From Lentisphaeria bacterium (GTDB lineage Bacteria; Verrucomicrobiota; Lentisphaeria; JABSQK01; JAWLHB01): a stretch of 38,286 nt of DNA. Position numbers and translations under genes: made by a program. The stretch is taken from the NCBI GenBank assembly GCA_041690595.1, contig JAWLHB010000061.1:1-38286 (forward strand). The letters are read 5' to 3'. Shown here piece after piece: positions 26,665 to 36,764 of this stretch. The stretch's first letter is position 1. Every line of letters begins with the position of its first letter. The notes under the pieces are model-generated. The model searched no databases. It saw only the letters and a list, made by a program, of their open reading frames with translations, and was not told the origin of the DNA.

Positions 26665-28878
26665 ATGACCACTCATCCCGATGCCGAGGAGTTCCTCATC
26701 ACCGAAAGCTTGCGGACCCGTCCTTTCCGCGAGCCGGATTATGAGGCGGAGAATCGTGTCCTGGCCGAACTGGCAGAGGCGTACTCGCGCAATCCGCTCG
26801 ACGTGCTTGAGAAGCTCGTCGACAGCGTTCTCGCGCTTTGCGGCGCCGATTCCGCGGGTATCAGCATTTTTGGCGTGGAAGCCGGAAAGAGAGTGTGCCA
26901 TATCGAGGCTGTGGCTGGAGCTTTCGCAGGTTTCAAGGATGCCTGCCTGCCCCTCGATCAGTGTCCCTGCGGCATGGTACTCGAGCAGGAAAAGACACTC
27001 CTGTTGGAACGTCCGTGGCGCCGCTTCCAGCTCTTGCGCACCTTTGAACCGCCGATCTTCGAGAACCTGCAGATCCCATTTGCCGTTCAGGGGAAGCTCA
27101 TCGGCAGCTTGTGGGCACTCAGCCACAGTGCCGACAACCACTTCGATTCCGAGGATGCGCGTGTGCTGGAAAGCCTCTCCCGGTTTGCCGCGGCTGGATA
27201 CCAGATGACGGATGCGCTCCAGAAGGCCGATCGTGCATGGCATGAGTCCGAGCGCCAACTCCAACTCCTTGCCCAGAGTCATGAGGCGCTCCGCCGGAGT
27301 GAAGAACGTTTCCGCCTTACCGCTGACAACGCACCCGTGCTGATCTGGATCGCCGATATCACCAGCGCCTGCGTCTGGTTCAACCGCCCATGGCTCAGCT
27401 TTGTCGGCCGCTCCATGGATCAGGAAATCGGTGTCGGCTGGGCCGACAATGTCCACCCCGATGATTTTCAACGTTGCCTTCAGGTCTATACAACCTCCTT
27501 CGAGGCGCGTCGTTCCTTCACCATGGAATACCGCCTCAAGCGCCATGATGGCGACTACCGCTGGCTGCTTGACAACGGCATCCCGCTACAGGAAGAGGAT
27601 GGCACCTTCACCGGCTTCATCGGATCCTGTGTCGACATCACAAACATGAAGAATGCGGAACACGCCTTGCAGCAGGCACACCGCGAACTGGAAGAGCGGG
27701 TCGTCCAACGTACCAGTGAACTCCAGTATCGAGCCGATCAGCTTGCGAGGCTCACCTCCGAGCTGACCCTCTCCGAACAGCGCGAGCGCCGTCGGCTCGC
27801 CAAGATTCTGCACGATCATCTGCAGCAGCTTCTCGTTGGCGCCAAGTATGGCCTCGATGTTCTTTCCCGCCGCCTCAGCACCACGCATGGCCGCGAGGTC
27901 CAGAAGGCAATCGAGCTCCTCGACGAAGCCATCAGCACCTCCCGCACCCTCACCGTCGAGCTCTCCCCTCCCATTCTGCATGAGGCTGGTCTTGCCGCCG
28001 GTCTCGAATGGCTGGCCCGACGCATGAAGGAGAAGTACGACTTCGAGATGCTCCTGCATGTCGACGAGCGGGCAGTACCCCCGCGTGAGGATCTGACGGT
28101 CCTGATCTTCGAAGCCGTTCGCGAACTGCTTCGCAACTCTATCCGCCATGGCCAGGTCAACTCCGCGTCGGTGGAGCTGGTGCTGCATGATCCCGAGCGC
28201 CTGCGCGTTGTCGTTGCCGACCAGGGACATGGCTTCATGCCGGACGACGTCTTGTGCGATAATCGCCGGGCAAAGGGCGGGTTCGGTCTGTTCAGCATCC
28301 GCGAGCGGCTTACCTTGCTGCGCGGGCAGTTCCACATCGACAGCGCTCCGGGGCAGGGCGCCCGCATCACAATCATCGCTCCCCTGCACCAGAAAGATCA
28401 ATCCCCTGATGAAGCTGTCGGGCTCCAGCCAACATCCCCCCCTCCCGGCGAAGCCAGGCAGCAGCCGGAAAGCCTGCCGCCGGTCAGTCACATCCGCCTG
28501 CTGCTCGCCGATGATCATGTTGTTGTCCGTCAGGGACTGACCGCGGTTCTTGCCGCTGAGCCGGATTTGACCATCATCGGCGAAGCAGGCAACGGCATCG
28601 ACGCCCTCGAAAAGGCGCAACTCCTCAACCCCGATATTGTGCTCATGGATTTCTCCATGCCCGGCATGGACGGCGTCGAGGCAACTCGCCGACTCCGCGG
28701 CAAACTGCCCCACATTCAGGTCATCGGCCTCTCCATGTATGAGGAGCCCGATCGCTCCGCTGCCATCATCAAGGCCGGCGCCGCCGCCTACGTCAGCAAA
28801 AGCGGCCAACCGCAGCATCTTGTCGAAACCATCCGCAAGGTCTATTCCGAGACCCGAATTGCCGAATTGCCTCAGTAG
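26665..28878 (+). CDS. hybrid sensor histidine kinase (GAF-PAS-HisKA_3-HATPase-REC)
   Basis: WADNVHPDD (PAS), ERRRLAKILHDHLQQ (HisKA_3), DQGHGF, GFGLFSIRER, LLADDH...VLMDFSMP...YVSK. Confidence 0.92.
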   Translation: MTTHPDAEEFLITESLRTRPFREPDYEAENRVLAELAEAYSRNPLDVLEKLVDSVLALCGADSAGISIFGVEAGKRVCHIEAVAGAFAGFKDACLPLDQCPCGMVLEQEKTLLLERPWRRFQLLRTFEPPIFENLQIPFAVQGKLIGSLWALSHSADNHFDSEDARVLESLSRFAAAGYQMTDALQKADRAWHESERQLQLLAQSHEALRRSEERFRLTADNAPVLIWIADITSACVWFNRPWLSFVGRSMDQEIGVGWADNVHPDDFQRCLQVYTTSFEARRSFTMEYRLKRHDGDYRWLLDNGIPLQEEDGTFTGFIGSCVDITNMKNAEHALQQAHRELEERVVQRTSELQYRADQLARLTSELTLSEQRERRRLAKILHDHLQQLLVGAKYGLDVLSRRLSTTHGREVQKAIELLDEAISTSRTLTVELSPPILHEAGLAAGLEWLARRMKEKYDFEMLLHVDERAVPPREDLTVLIFEAVRELLRNSIRHGQVNSASVELVLHDPERLRVVVADQGHGFMPDDVLCDNRRAKGGFGLFSIRERLTLLRGQFHIDSAPGQGARITIIAPLHQKDQSPDEAVGLQPTSPPPGEARQQPESLPPVSHIRLLLADDHVVVRQGLTAVLAAEPDLTIIGEAGNGIDALEKAQLLNPDIVLMDFSMPGMDGVEATRRLRGKLPHIQVIGLSMYEEPDRSAAIIKAGAAAYVSKSGQPQHLVETIRKVYSETRIAELPQ

Positions 28879-30770
28879 ACGTTGTCCGGAAGCGGTGGAA
28901 GCAACGCCTTGCGTCGCAGGACAAAGAGGTGGTGCTCCTGGTGTATGAGGTCGAACTCCCCCGTCGCCAGCAACTCCGCCACGCGCCTGTGCGTATCCTC
29001 CGGCTTTGTCCCCCATGCTCCTTCCAGAAAGGCATGATAGTTGGTCGGGCGATCATGAAAGCCGTCCCGCGCGATAAAGCGTCGATCCGCCAGAGCGCCA
29101 ATGCAGCGATCATCCGCGCTCACCGTGGCATCCATCGGTACCACACGCCGCAGATCCTGCCACGCCAGGTGCAGCACTTCGCAGGCATCGCTGCCGGGCA
29201 GCATCGCGATCGTCGGCCGCGAATACGGATAAAGCCCCAGGTAGATGCTGGCACAGAAGCCTGCTCCCAATGCCCCGGCCAGCCAGGCTTCTCGACGCGT
29301 CCGATTCAGACGGCGAACCATCCCCTGCACTGCCCTCCCGATCAACGGCCAGCTGAACTCCTCATGCGGCGCTCGAATCACCGACGCCAGCATCCCGCTG
29401 AAGAGCACCCCCATCAGCGGCACGTGATAGTGCATCGCTATCGACGCGAAGCCTGGCGTCCCCGCGGCCAGCCCCAGCACCACGAAGGGGGCCAGCGCCA
29501 CCACGTAACGGGGCGCCAGCAGGATCGTCAGGAAGATCGGCAGCAGCATCTGCGCCAGGAAGCTCCACGAATCCGGCCGCAGGAGGTTTCCCCAGAAGAC
29601 CGTCGGCCGCAGCAGTGGCGAAAGGGCCACCTCGACCAGATTTCGGCCCAAGGCACTGTAGGTCATCGCCTGCCGGTAGCCATCCGCATCCAGCGTTGGC
29701 ATGTAGAGCGTCACGATCCCGACCATATAGCCCATCGAAAGCACCAGCAGAATCATGCCTGGCCGCCAGCGCCTGCTAAGTGCCAGGCTGATCCACATGC
29801 CCAGCAGGTAGAGCAGCATATACTCCTTCATCAGGGCCACCATGGGCAGCGTCACCCACAGCCACCGGTACCGCCGCGTGTCCACCGCATAACACGAAAG
29901 CACCACAAATGGAAGCGCCAGGGTGTTCGTGTGGAAGCCAAGCGAATACCCGAAGCTCGCCTGGCTCACCCCCGGATAGACAAACCAGATCAAGCCGAGC
30001 AGTAACGCCCGATGTGCCGGCGCCTGCTCCCGTCGCGCCAGCCAGAAGAGCAGGACCCCCGTCCCGCCGAGCATCAGCGCCTGGGCCGCCATCACCGTCT
30101 CCATTCTCGGCACCAGCGCAAAGAACGGCAGCAGCACCGCCAGCCCCGGGCAGAAGTGGTCCCACCAGCGGGCCTTATCCGACCACAGTACCAGGAAATC
30201 CCCGTGCACCATCGTGTTGTGCAGCCGCCTGTACCAGTAGCCGATGTCCGAGAAGCCCAGAAAAAGCCGCTCGTACATGTACTGCTGATACCAGAACGAC
30301 CAGAGGCAGTAGAGCAGGGCCGTTCCCCCGATCACCATCCACGCCAGCCGTGGCGACAGTCGCCAATCATGCTCGCCAGGGACCTGCCGCACCAGCAGAA
30401 AGCAATTCAACCCGCAGGCGGCAGTCAGCGCGTGCAGGCTCCACATCCCCACTTGCACACCTCCCGCGAGCAGCGCCAGGTGCAGCCCCAGCAGGCCCGC
30501 CAGCGGCCACGCCGATCGCGCCATGCGTGCCACCGGCACCCGCCAGCGGTACCATGCATGCCCCCACAGCAGCACGAAGCCCCCCATCAGCAGAACCGCT
30601 GGAAGCAGCGAGCCGCCGATCGGATGCACCTCGTGATGCAGGATCTCATGCAGCAACCCAGACTGGCGCCATCCCGCCAGACCCAAGCCCGCCAGCCCCC
30701 CAGCCAGAAGCACCCACTCGCCGATGGAGGCGGTTCGATCCGATCCCTGTGGCGCCAGCGATTCAGTCAT
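28872..30770 (-). CDS. DUF2079-like multi-pass membrane protein (GT-C-like)
   Basis: SDIG.W, DHFCPGL..L.PF, FHTNTLALP, MKEY and HYH motifs in a polytopic membrane protein. Confidence 0.72.
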   Translation of the reverse strand: MTESLAPQGSDRTASIGEWVLLAGGLAGLGLAGWRQSGLLHEILHHEVHPIGGSLLPAVLLMGGFVLLWGHAWYRWRVPVARMARSAWPLAGLLGLHLALLAGGVQVGMWSLHALTAACGLNCFLLVRQVPGEHDWRLSPRLAWMVIGGTALLYCLWSFWYQQYMYERLFLGFSDIGYWYRRLHNTMVHGDFLVLWSDKARWWDHFCPGLAVLLPFFALVPRMETVMAAQALMLGGTGVLLFWLARREQAPAHRALLLGLIWFVYPGVSQASFGYSLGFHTNTLALPFVVLSCYAVDTRRYRWLWVTLPMVALMKEYMLLYLLGMWISLALSRRWRPGMILLVLSMGYMVGIVTLYMPTLDADGYRQAMTYSALGRNLVEVALSPLLRPTVFWGNLLRPDSWSFLAQMLLPIFLTILLAPRYVVALAPFVVLGLAAGTPGFASIAMHYHVPLMGVLFSGMLASVIRAPHEEFSWPLIGRAVQGMVRRLNRTRREAWLAGALGAGFCASIYLGLYPYSRPTIAMLPGSDACEVLHLAWQDLRRVVPMDATVSADDRCIGALADRRFIARDGFHDRPTNYHAFLEGAWGTKPEDTHRRVAELLATGEFDLIHQEHHLFVLRRKALLPPLPDNVY

Positions 30771-30877
30771 ATGGCGGCATCTCCCCTTGCTGCCGGCAAC
30801 CGCTCATCTTCCAACCATGCTTCCACACGTCCGGAAGCAGTGTATAGTACAGAAACAATCCAGGCAGGGAGAGCAAG

Positions 30878-31516
30878 ATGAGCATACGCATCGTGATGGT
30901 TCTGGCAGCGACGATTCTCGTCGGCAGCGGGTGTCGGTCGACCTATTACTCCATGATGGAGTCCATGGGGCAACACAAGCGCGACCTCTTGCGCCGCAAC
31001 GTCGAGCGCGCCCGAGACGAGCAGGCAAAGGCCGGCGAGCAGTTCAGCAACGCCCTTGACCGCCTGCGCACCCTCTACGGCGATACCGGCAGCGATCTTG
31101 AAAAAACCTACGACCGCCTCCAGTCCGTCTACGAGCGCAGCGAATCCCAGGCGGAAGACGTCCGCGAGCGCGTCAAGGAGATGGATCAAGTCGCCAAAGA
31201 CCTCTTTGTCGAGTGGGAGAAGGAGCTTGACGAGATCGGCAATGCCCGCCTCCGTACCGACAGCGCCTCCAAGTTGCGCGAAACCCGTTCCAGATATGAC
31301 GACCTCTCCCGCTCCATGCATGAGTCTACCCGCCGCATGGATCCCATTCTGGCCAAGCTCAAGGATCAGGTCCTCTACCTCAAGCACAACCTCAATGCCC
31401 AGTCCCTCGGCACGCTCCAGGGCGAAGCCCAGCTCATCCAGGCCGACATTCAGCGCCTTCTTGACGAAATGGACTCCGCCATCGCCGAAGCAAACGCCTT
31501 CGTCGAAACGCTCTGA
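30878..31516 (+). CDS. DUF2959 family lipoprotein
   Basis: Lipobox-like GSGC, YYSMME..G.HKRDLL, LFVEWEKEL, DQVLYLKHNLNA; GGAG RBS. Confidence 0.9.
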   Translation: MSIRIVMVLAATILVGSGCRSTYYSMMESMGQHKRDLLRRNVERARDEQAKAGEQFSNALDRLRTLYGDTGSDLEKTYDRLQSVYERSESQAEDVRERVKEMDQVAKDLFVEWEKELDEIGNARLRTDSASKLRETRSRYDDLSRSMHESTRRMDPILAKLKDQVLYLKHNLNAQSLGTLQGEAQLIQADIQRLLDEMDSAIAEANAFVETL

Positions 31517-31576
31517 AGCACCCCTGGCGACGCCCCTGCGCCCCGCATGGCAATGAGCTGACATCACCTCTCCCAT

Positions 31577-34500
31577 TCATCCATCCAGCGTGTCGCGAAT
31601 CGCACTGGTCAGCCCGCTCACCGTGAAGGGCTTCCCGATCAGCGGCACCCCTTCCTTGATGATGCCTCGGCTGAAGATCGCCGTCTCCGCATAACCCGAC
31701 ATGTAGAGCACCCGCAATTGCGGATGCGCAACGAGCAGCTGCTCGTACACCTCACGCCCATTCATCCGCGGCATCACCACATCCGTCAGCACCAGGTGGA
31801 GTGGCCCCTGATGCCTGGCGCACTGCTCCAGCGCATCCTCACCGCTCTTCGCCGCCAGCACCGAATAGCCGTACCGCTCGAGTATCCGCCGCGCCAGCGA
31901 AAGCACGTTGTGATCGTCTTCGACCACCACAATCGTCTCGTCGCCATGCGGATCCAGCTCCTCCAGGATCGTCGTATTCCCCGCCTCTTTCTGGCTCATG
32001 TCGCTGGGCAGAAAAATACTGAAAACCGACCCCTCGCCCACGGTACTGTCCACCACGATGTTGCCCCCATGCTGCTGCACGATGCCATGCACCGTCGCCA
32101 GACCCAGCCCCGTCCCCTTGCCCCGCGACTTCGTCGTGTAAAAGGGATCGAATATCCGTAGCTTCGTCTCCGCATCCATCCCATGACCCGTATCCGTGAC
32201 GGTCAGCTTCACGTATGGACCGGGCTCCAGCCCCGGGGTCAATCGCACATCCCCGCGACTCAGCACCAGGTTGCGCGTCTCGATGGTGATGCGCCCATCC
32301 CGCGGCATCGCATCCCGCGCGTTCACGACCAGATTCATCAGGATCTGCTGCAACTGCGACACGTCCGCGCGAATGGCATCCAGCTGTGGCTCCAGGATCG
32401 TCACCAGCTCCATATCCTCGCCGATCAGGCGCCCCAGCATCTTCCGCATCTCCTCGATCACCTTGCTCAGATTTACGCTCTTCATCTCCAGCACCTGCTT
32501 GCGGCTGAAGGCGAGCAGCTGATTTGTCAGCGCCGAGGCCCGTTGGCCCGCATCCCGTATCTCATGCAGCATCTCGTGCAGCGGCTCGTCCTCCGTCACA
32601 TTCGCCAGCGCCATGTCCGCATAACCCAGGATCACCGACAACAGGTTGTTGAAATCGTGCGCCACGCCCCCCGCCAGACGCCCGATCGACTCCATCTTCT
32701 GACTATGCCGAAGCTGTTCCTCCAGCTCCATCTCCTTCGTAATGTCTCGCTTCACCGCCACATAATTCACAATCTGCCCATTCGGATCACGGATCGGCGA
32801 CATGATCGCATCTTCGTGCAGCGGGCTGCCGTCCTGCCGCTGCGTCATGATCCGGCTCGACCAGACCTCCCCCGCCCGAAGGGTCCGCCAGATGCTCTCA
32901 TAAAACTCGTCGCTCTCCGTATGCGCCCGGAAGAAAGGCATCGCCTGCCCGATCAACTGATCCGCCGAATACCCGCTGGTCCGCTCGAAAGCCGGATTCA
33001 CATACTCCACCCGCCCATCCAGGTCCGTAATGCAGATCGATTCCGCGGCCTGCTCGATCGTCGTCGCCAGCCGCTTCAATTCCCCCTCCGCCGCCCGCCG
33101 CTCCTCCTCTACGCCAATCGCCGAGGCCATGATCGCCAGCAGCTTCCGATCGTTCTCCGTCGGCCAGAAACTCTGCTGAAACAACGCGCAGATCGCTCCC
33201 ACCGGCCGCCCCCGATACCGCACTGCCCGACCGAAGAAGCTCCGCATCTGGTACTCGCGCACATAGTGGTCCGTATCCATGTAGAAGGTCTCCTGAAGGT
33301 CCGGCACGTGCAGCTCGCCCCCCTTCTGGATGACATCGTTACAGATATGGCCCCGCGGCGGCTGCGACGATGGATAATCCGCCGGCTGGTTCCAGTGGCC
33401 CCACGTGTGCAGCGCATTCCCGTTCTGCCGATGATAAAAGGCCGAACTCGCCCCGAACAACAGTCCGCAAAGCTCCGTCACGTGATTGATGTTCACCATC
33501 GGATCTGGACCAAAGTGCAGAAAGCAGTCGTTGAGCTGGCCGATCTTCGCTTCCCATTGCCGCCGCTGCAGAGCCGCACCCAGTATGCGCGCCGCCGTCG
33601 TCAACGCATCGATCTCTCCCTTCGACCATTCCCGCTCCCGCTCGCACTCGTCAAAGCCGATGAATCCCCACCAGTCGTCCTGCACGAAGATTGGCACTAC
33701 CAGGATCGAGCGCACCCCCTGCGGCTCCAGTATCGTCTGCTCATGCTCCGAAAACTCCGCCACATTTCCATGCACCGGGTGTTGCTGCTGAAGATGCGCC
33801 CGCCACTTCTCGAAGCCGCCCGTGTATGGCAGTTGCTGCAACTCCGGATTGTTGATCTGTGGCTCCACCCCTTCGGCAACCCACTCGTACATCTGGTTCA
33901 TCACCAGTTGGCCCTGCTCGTCTTCAGTATTCGAGAAGACATACACACGGCTCACCTCCGCCGCTATCCCCAGCCGATCCAGCGCCGGCTGGATATGCAG
34001 CGAACTCGACGTCGACTGCAGCAGATCCTGCGCCGCCTGCGCCACCGCCTGCAGAATCGCCTCCCGCCGCCGAAGGATCTGCTCCGATTGGCTCCGTTGC
34101 GTGATGTCCCGGTCGATCCCCCGGAAGCCATGAAACTGACCCTCCCCATCCACGATCGGCACCCCGCTCGTCTCCAGGATCACCTGCCGCCCCTGCTTGT
34201 TCAACACCGCATTCTGCCAGCGCGAAAGGGGCCGACGCGAGGCCATGATCTGCTGAAAGCGCGTCACCTGCCGCTCCGCCTCGGGCCCCGTCATGAAATC
34301 ATAAACCGAGCGCCCAAGCAGTTCCGACGGCGAATACCCCAACATTGACTGCACCTGCGGGCTCACATACGTATAGATCGCGTTCGCATCCACCTCCCAC
34401 ACGAAGTCGCTCGTCGAGCCCGTCAGCGCCTGCAGGCGCGACTCGCTGTTCGCCAGCTCCGCCTCCGCTATCTCCAGATGCTGATGCAGACGCCACGTCG

Positions 34501-34870
34501 ACAGCGACCGCTCCGCCAGATGCGGCAGGTCATGCAGCGTCCCCGGCACATTCAGCAGATAGTCCCACACCCCCTCCGCCAGCGCCACATCGATCTCGGG
34601 ATCCGACAGATCGTTCACCAGGATGATGACCGGCGGCGCCTGCTCATACGGCATGAAATCCAGCAGCCCGCGAAGCGCGCCATCGCGCACCACCGCTTCC
34701 CCGATGACCATGTCCACCACATACTGCTCCATCACCTCCCGCGCCGCTGCCAGTGTCTCCACGCAGCTTGTCGGGATTGGCGGCACCACTGCATTGAAGG
34801 CCTCCCGAGCCGCTGCCAGCGCACCCGGCGCACTCGCCACAAGCAGGATATGATTAATGGGATTGTTCAT
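31577..34870 (-). CDS. hybrid sensor histidine kinase (degenerate REC-PAS-GAF-GAF-PAS-HisKA-HATPase-REC)
   Basis: SQKMESIGRLAGGVAHDFNNLL, NLVVNARDAM, DTGHGMD, GTGLGL, VVEDD...LTDVVMP...MSGY...KPF. Confidence 0.94.
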   Translation of the reverse strand: MNNPINHILLVASAPGALAAAREAFNAVVPPIPTSCVETLAAAREVMEQYVVDMVIGEAVVRDGALRGLLDFMPYEQAPPVIILVNDLSDPEIDVALAEGVWDYLLNVPGTLHDLPHLAERSLSTWRLHQHLEIAEAELANSESRLQALTGSTSDFVWEVDANAIYTYVSPQVQSMLGYSPSELLGRSVYDFMTGPEAERQVTRFQQIMASRRPLSRWQNAVLNKQGRQVILETSGVPIVDGEGQFHGFRGIDRDITQRSQSEQILRRREAILQAVAQAAQDLLQSTSSSLHIQPALDRLGIAAEVSRVYVFSNTEDEQGQLVMNQMYEWVAEGVEPQINNPELQQLPYTGGFEKWRAHLQQQHPVHGNVAEFSEHEQTILEPQGVRSILVVPIFVQDDWWGFIGFDECEREREWSKGEIDALTTAARILGAALQRRQWEAKIGQLNDCFLHFGPDPMVNINHVTELCGLLFGASSAFYHRQNGNALHTWGHWNQPADYPSSQPPRGHICNDVIQKGGELHVPDLQETFYMDTDHYVREYQMRSFFGRAVRYRGRPVGAICALFQQSFWPTENDRKLLAIMASAIGVEEERRAAEGELKRLATTIEQAAESICITDLDGRVEYVNPAFERTSGYSADQLIGQAMPFFRAHTESDEFYESIWRTLRAGEVWSSRIMTQRQDGSPLHEDAIMSPIRDPNGQIVNYVAVKRDITKEMELEEQLRHSQKMESIGRLAGGVAHDFNNLLSVILGYADMALANVTEDEPLHEMLHEIRDAGQRASALTNQLLAFSRKQVLEMKSVNLSKVIEEMRKMLGRLIGEDMELVTILEPQLDAIRADVSQLQQILMNLVVNARDAMPRDGRITIETRNLVLSRGDVRLTPGLEPGPYVKLTVTDTGHGMDAETKLRIFDPFYTTKSRGKGTGLGLATVHGIVQQHGGNIVVDSTVGEGSVFSIFLPSDMSQKEAGNTTILEELDPHGDETIVVVEDDHNVLSLARRILERYGYSVLAAKSGEDALEQCARHQGPLHLVLTDVVMPRMNGREVYEQLLVAHPQLRVLYMSGYAETAIFSRGIIKEGVPLIGKPFTVSGLTSAIRDTLDG

Positions 34871-34930
34871 GGACCTTCGTGTGTTGTAAATCCGCGGGCT
34901 GCATAGTATACACCAGTGCTGCCATGCCTG

Positions 34931-36550
34931 CTACCGCCCCTGTGAATCTGCTCTCTGACCACGGCGTATCAGCGTAAAGACCGCCCCCTCTCGCCCGATC
35001 GTATGCACCACCGGCAGTTCCGCGAAATACCCTGGCAGGTTATACCGGTTCAGCGCCACGTAATAATCGAACCCTTCTGGATACTCCTCTCCCGATCCCG
35101 GCCAGAAGCTGTGCAACTCCACACCGGCTCCCGCGAAATGCGACGCCGTCACGACATTGTTGCGATTCGCCGCCACCAGCACCCGAAGCGGAGCCTCGCT
35201 CTCCGCCGCCTGTGCATTGATCCAGCCCATCGCCTCCTTGTAGCTCGACGACCAGTAATCCGTCTCGTACGAACGCCAGGCGCCACGCACCCCGCCCACC
35301 AGCGCATTGTAATACGTCATCTGATACGGATGAAGCCGCACCAGCGAAACCACCGGCAGGATCAGCGCCACCACCGTCAGACTCACCGCCGCCCATCGCG
35401 CCCACCGCTTCCCCAGCCCCTCAGCCGACAGCGCCCCCGCCGCTCCAGCCAGCACCGCCAGCGCCGGCAGCACAAAAAGAAAATGCCGAATCCCGTCGTA
35501 GATGTTCGGCCGCGTCAGCATCACATACCCGATCGGAAAGCAGAGCCACAACACCGTCAGCGCCACCAGCAAAGCCTGCCGGCTCCGCCAATCCCGCCGA
35601 AGCACCACAAGCGCGCCGACAACGCCGCCAATCAGCAGCACCAGGTGCGCCACCGGCGTCGTGATCCCCAGCATCCATGGCAGATAATGACGCGGCAGCT
35701 CGCTGCTCAGAATCGGACTCCCCCCGAACATCACCATGTACGCGCTCGAAAAGCCCGTCGACAGCCGAAACGCCTGCCACGGATGCACGATCGGATTCTC
35801 ATGCGCCCACGGCCACGGCAGGACCATCACCACCCACGCCACCAGCCCCATTGCCACCACCTGCACCGCCAGCCGTCTCAGCCCCGGCACCCGCCATTGC
35901 CCCCTCGCCAGCCGTCCATCCTGCGCCAGCCGAAAGCACCCGCCGGCAACCAGAAAGGCCGGCAGCAGCAACGCCCCCATGCGCAGCGCCAGCGCCCCAC
36001 CCACCGCCACCCCGCACACCAGAAAATCCCGCCACCGCGGCCGCTCCCTCGTCAGCAGCCACCCGATAGCCACCATCCCCCAGGTGAAGGCCGCCGCAAA
36101 GGGTATATCCTTCGAATTGAATGGCGCATGACCATAGAAACGCGGCAGCATCGCCAGCGCCAGCACCGAAAGCAGTGGCAACCACCCCAGACGCCAGAGC
36201 CGCGCATACATCACCACTCCCGCCAGCGCCGCCACCCCCGCCAGCGCCGAAAAAACATGCCGCACCAGAAACTTGTCCCACCCCGTTACCGAATACGCCA
36301 GCGCCGTCAGCATCTCGAACGGCGGACCATAAAAGCGCAGATTCAGGAAGTCATTCACCTCCCCTTCCCGCCCCCCCGTCGCGAAATACTTCAGCGCCAG
36401 CTCACCATAGATCGACTGCACGCGTTCATCCCACGTGATCCCATAGTCGCCAATCGTCACCAGCCACCCAATCCCCACCACCACAACCACGCCCCAGGCA
36501 GCCAGCAACAGCCCCCGTTCCCGTCGTGACTTATCCCATATCCACACCAT
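34931..36550 (-). CDS. GT39/PMT-like membrane glycosyltransferase
   Basis: DYGITWDE, YGPPF, PRFYGHAPFNSKDIPF, PWPW, YDGIRHFLF, HPYQMTYYN, TDYW. ATG 36550 is supported by the upstream promoter. Confidence 0.8.
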   Translation of the reverse strand: MVWIWDKSRRERGLLLAAWGVVVVVGIGWLVTIGDYGITWDERVQSIYGELALKYFATGGREGEVNDFLNLRFYGPPFEMLTALAYSVTGWDKFLVRHVFSALAGVAALAGVVMYARLWRLGWLPLLSVLALAMLPRFYGHAPFNSKDIPFAAAFTWGMVAIGWLLTRERPRWRDFLVCGVAVGGALALRMGALLLPAFLVAGGCFRLAQDGRLARGQWRVPGLRRLAVQVVAMGLVAWVVMVLPWPWAHENPIVHPWQAFRLSTGFSSAYMVMFGGSPILSSELPRHYLPWMLGITTPVAHLVLLIGGVVGALVVLRRDWRSRQALLVALTVLWLCFPIGYVMLTRPNIYDGIRHFLFVLPALAVLAGAAGALSAEGLGKRWARWAAVSLTVVALILPVVSLVRLHPYQMTYYNALVGGVRGAWRSYETDYWSSSYKEAMGWINAQAAESEAPLRVLVAANRNNVVTASHFAGAGVELHSFWPGSGEEYPEGFDYYVALNRYNLPGYFAELPVVHTIGREGAVFTLIRRGQRADSQGR

Positions 36551-36570
36551 AATGACCCCCAATGCCACGT

Positions 36571-36598
36571 AGTATAGGCTCCCCCGCCCGATAATCAA
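36571..36598 (-). promoter_or_regulatory. putative sigma70 promoter of the glycosyltransferase
   Basis: TTGATT-N16-TATACT on the minus strand, 20 nt before ATG 36550. Confidence 0.5.
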
Positions 36599-36631
36599 CA
36601 GTATCCGAAGCGTGGGAGGCGGAGACAGAAG

Positions 36632-36730
36632 CGGGGCGCTGCCCCGGACCCCGCTGGGGAGGCGCACCTCCCCAGACCCCTCGATGCTTCTTGTCGGGTT
36701 CCGGAGATCGGATCTCCAGATCCCGACAAG
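36632..36730. repeat. three stacked palindromes (REP-like)
   Basis: CGGGGC-GCT-GCCCCG (36632-36646); CTGGGGAGG-CGCA-CCTCCCCAG (36654-36675); 20-1-20 palindrome with 18/20 matches (36690-36730). Confidence 0.85.
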
Positions 36731-36764
36731 CTATGGGGATGATAGGAGAGGCGGGGACGGAGGG

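Noticed and set aside
32183..36529. Long antisense ORFs (32183-34348, 35003-36529; likewise 17627-19036, 24883-26331, 27586-29016)
   Set aside because: Shadow frames of well-supported genes on the opposite strand, expected with high GC and biased codon use.
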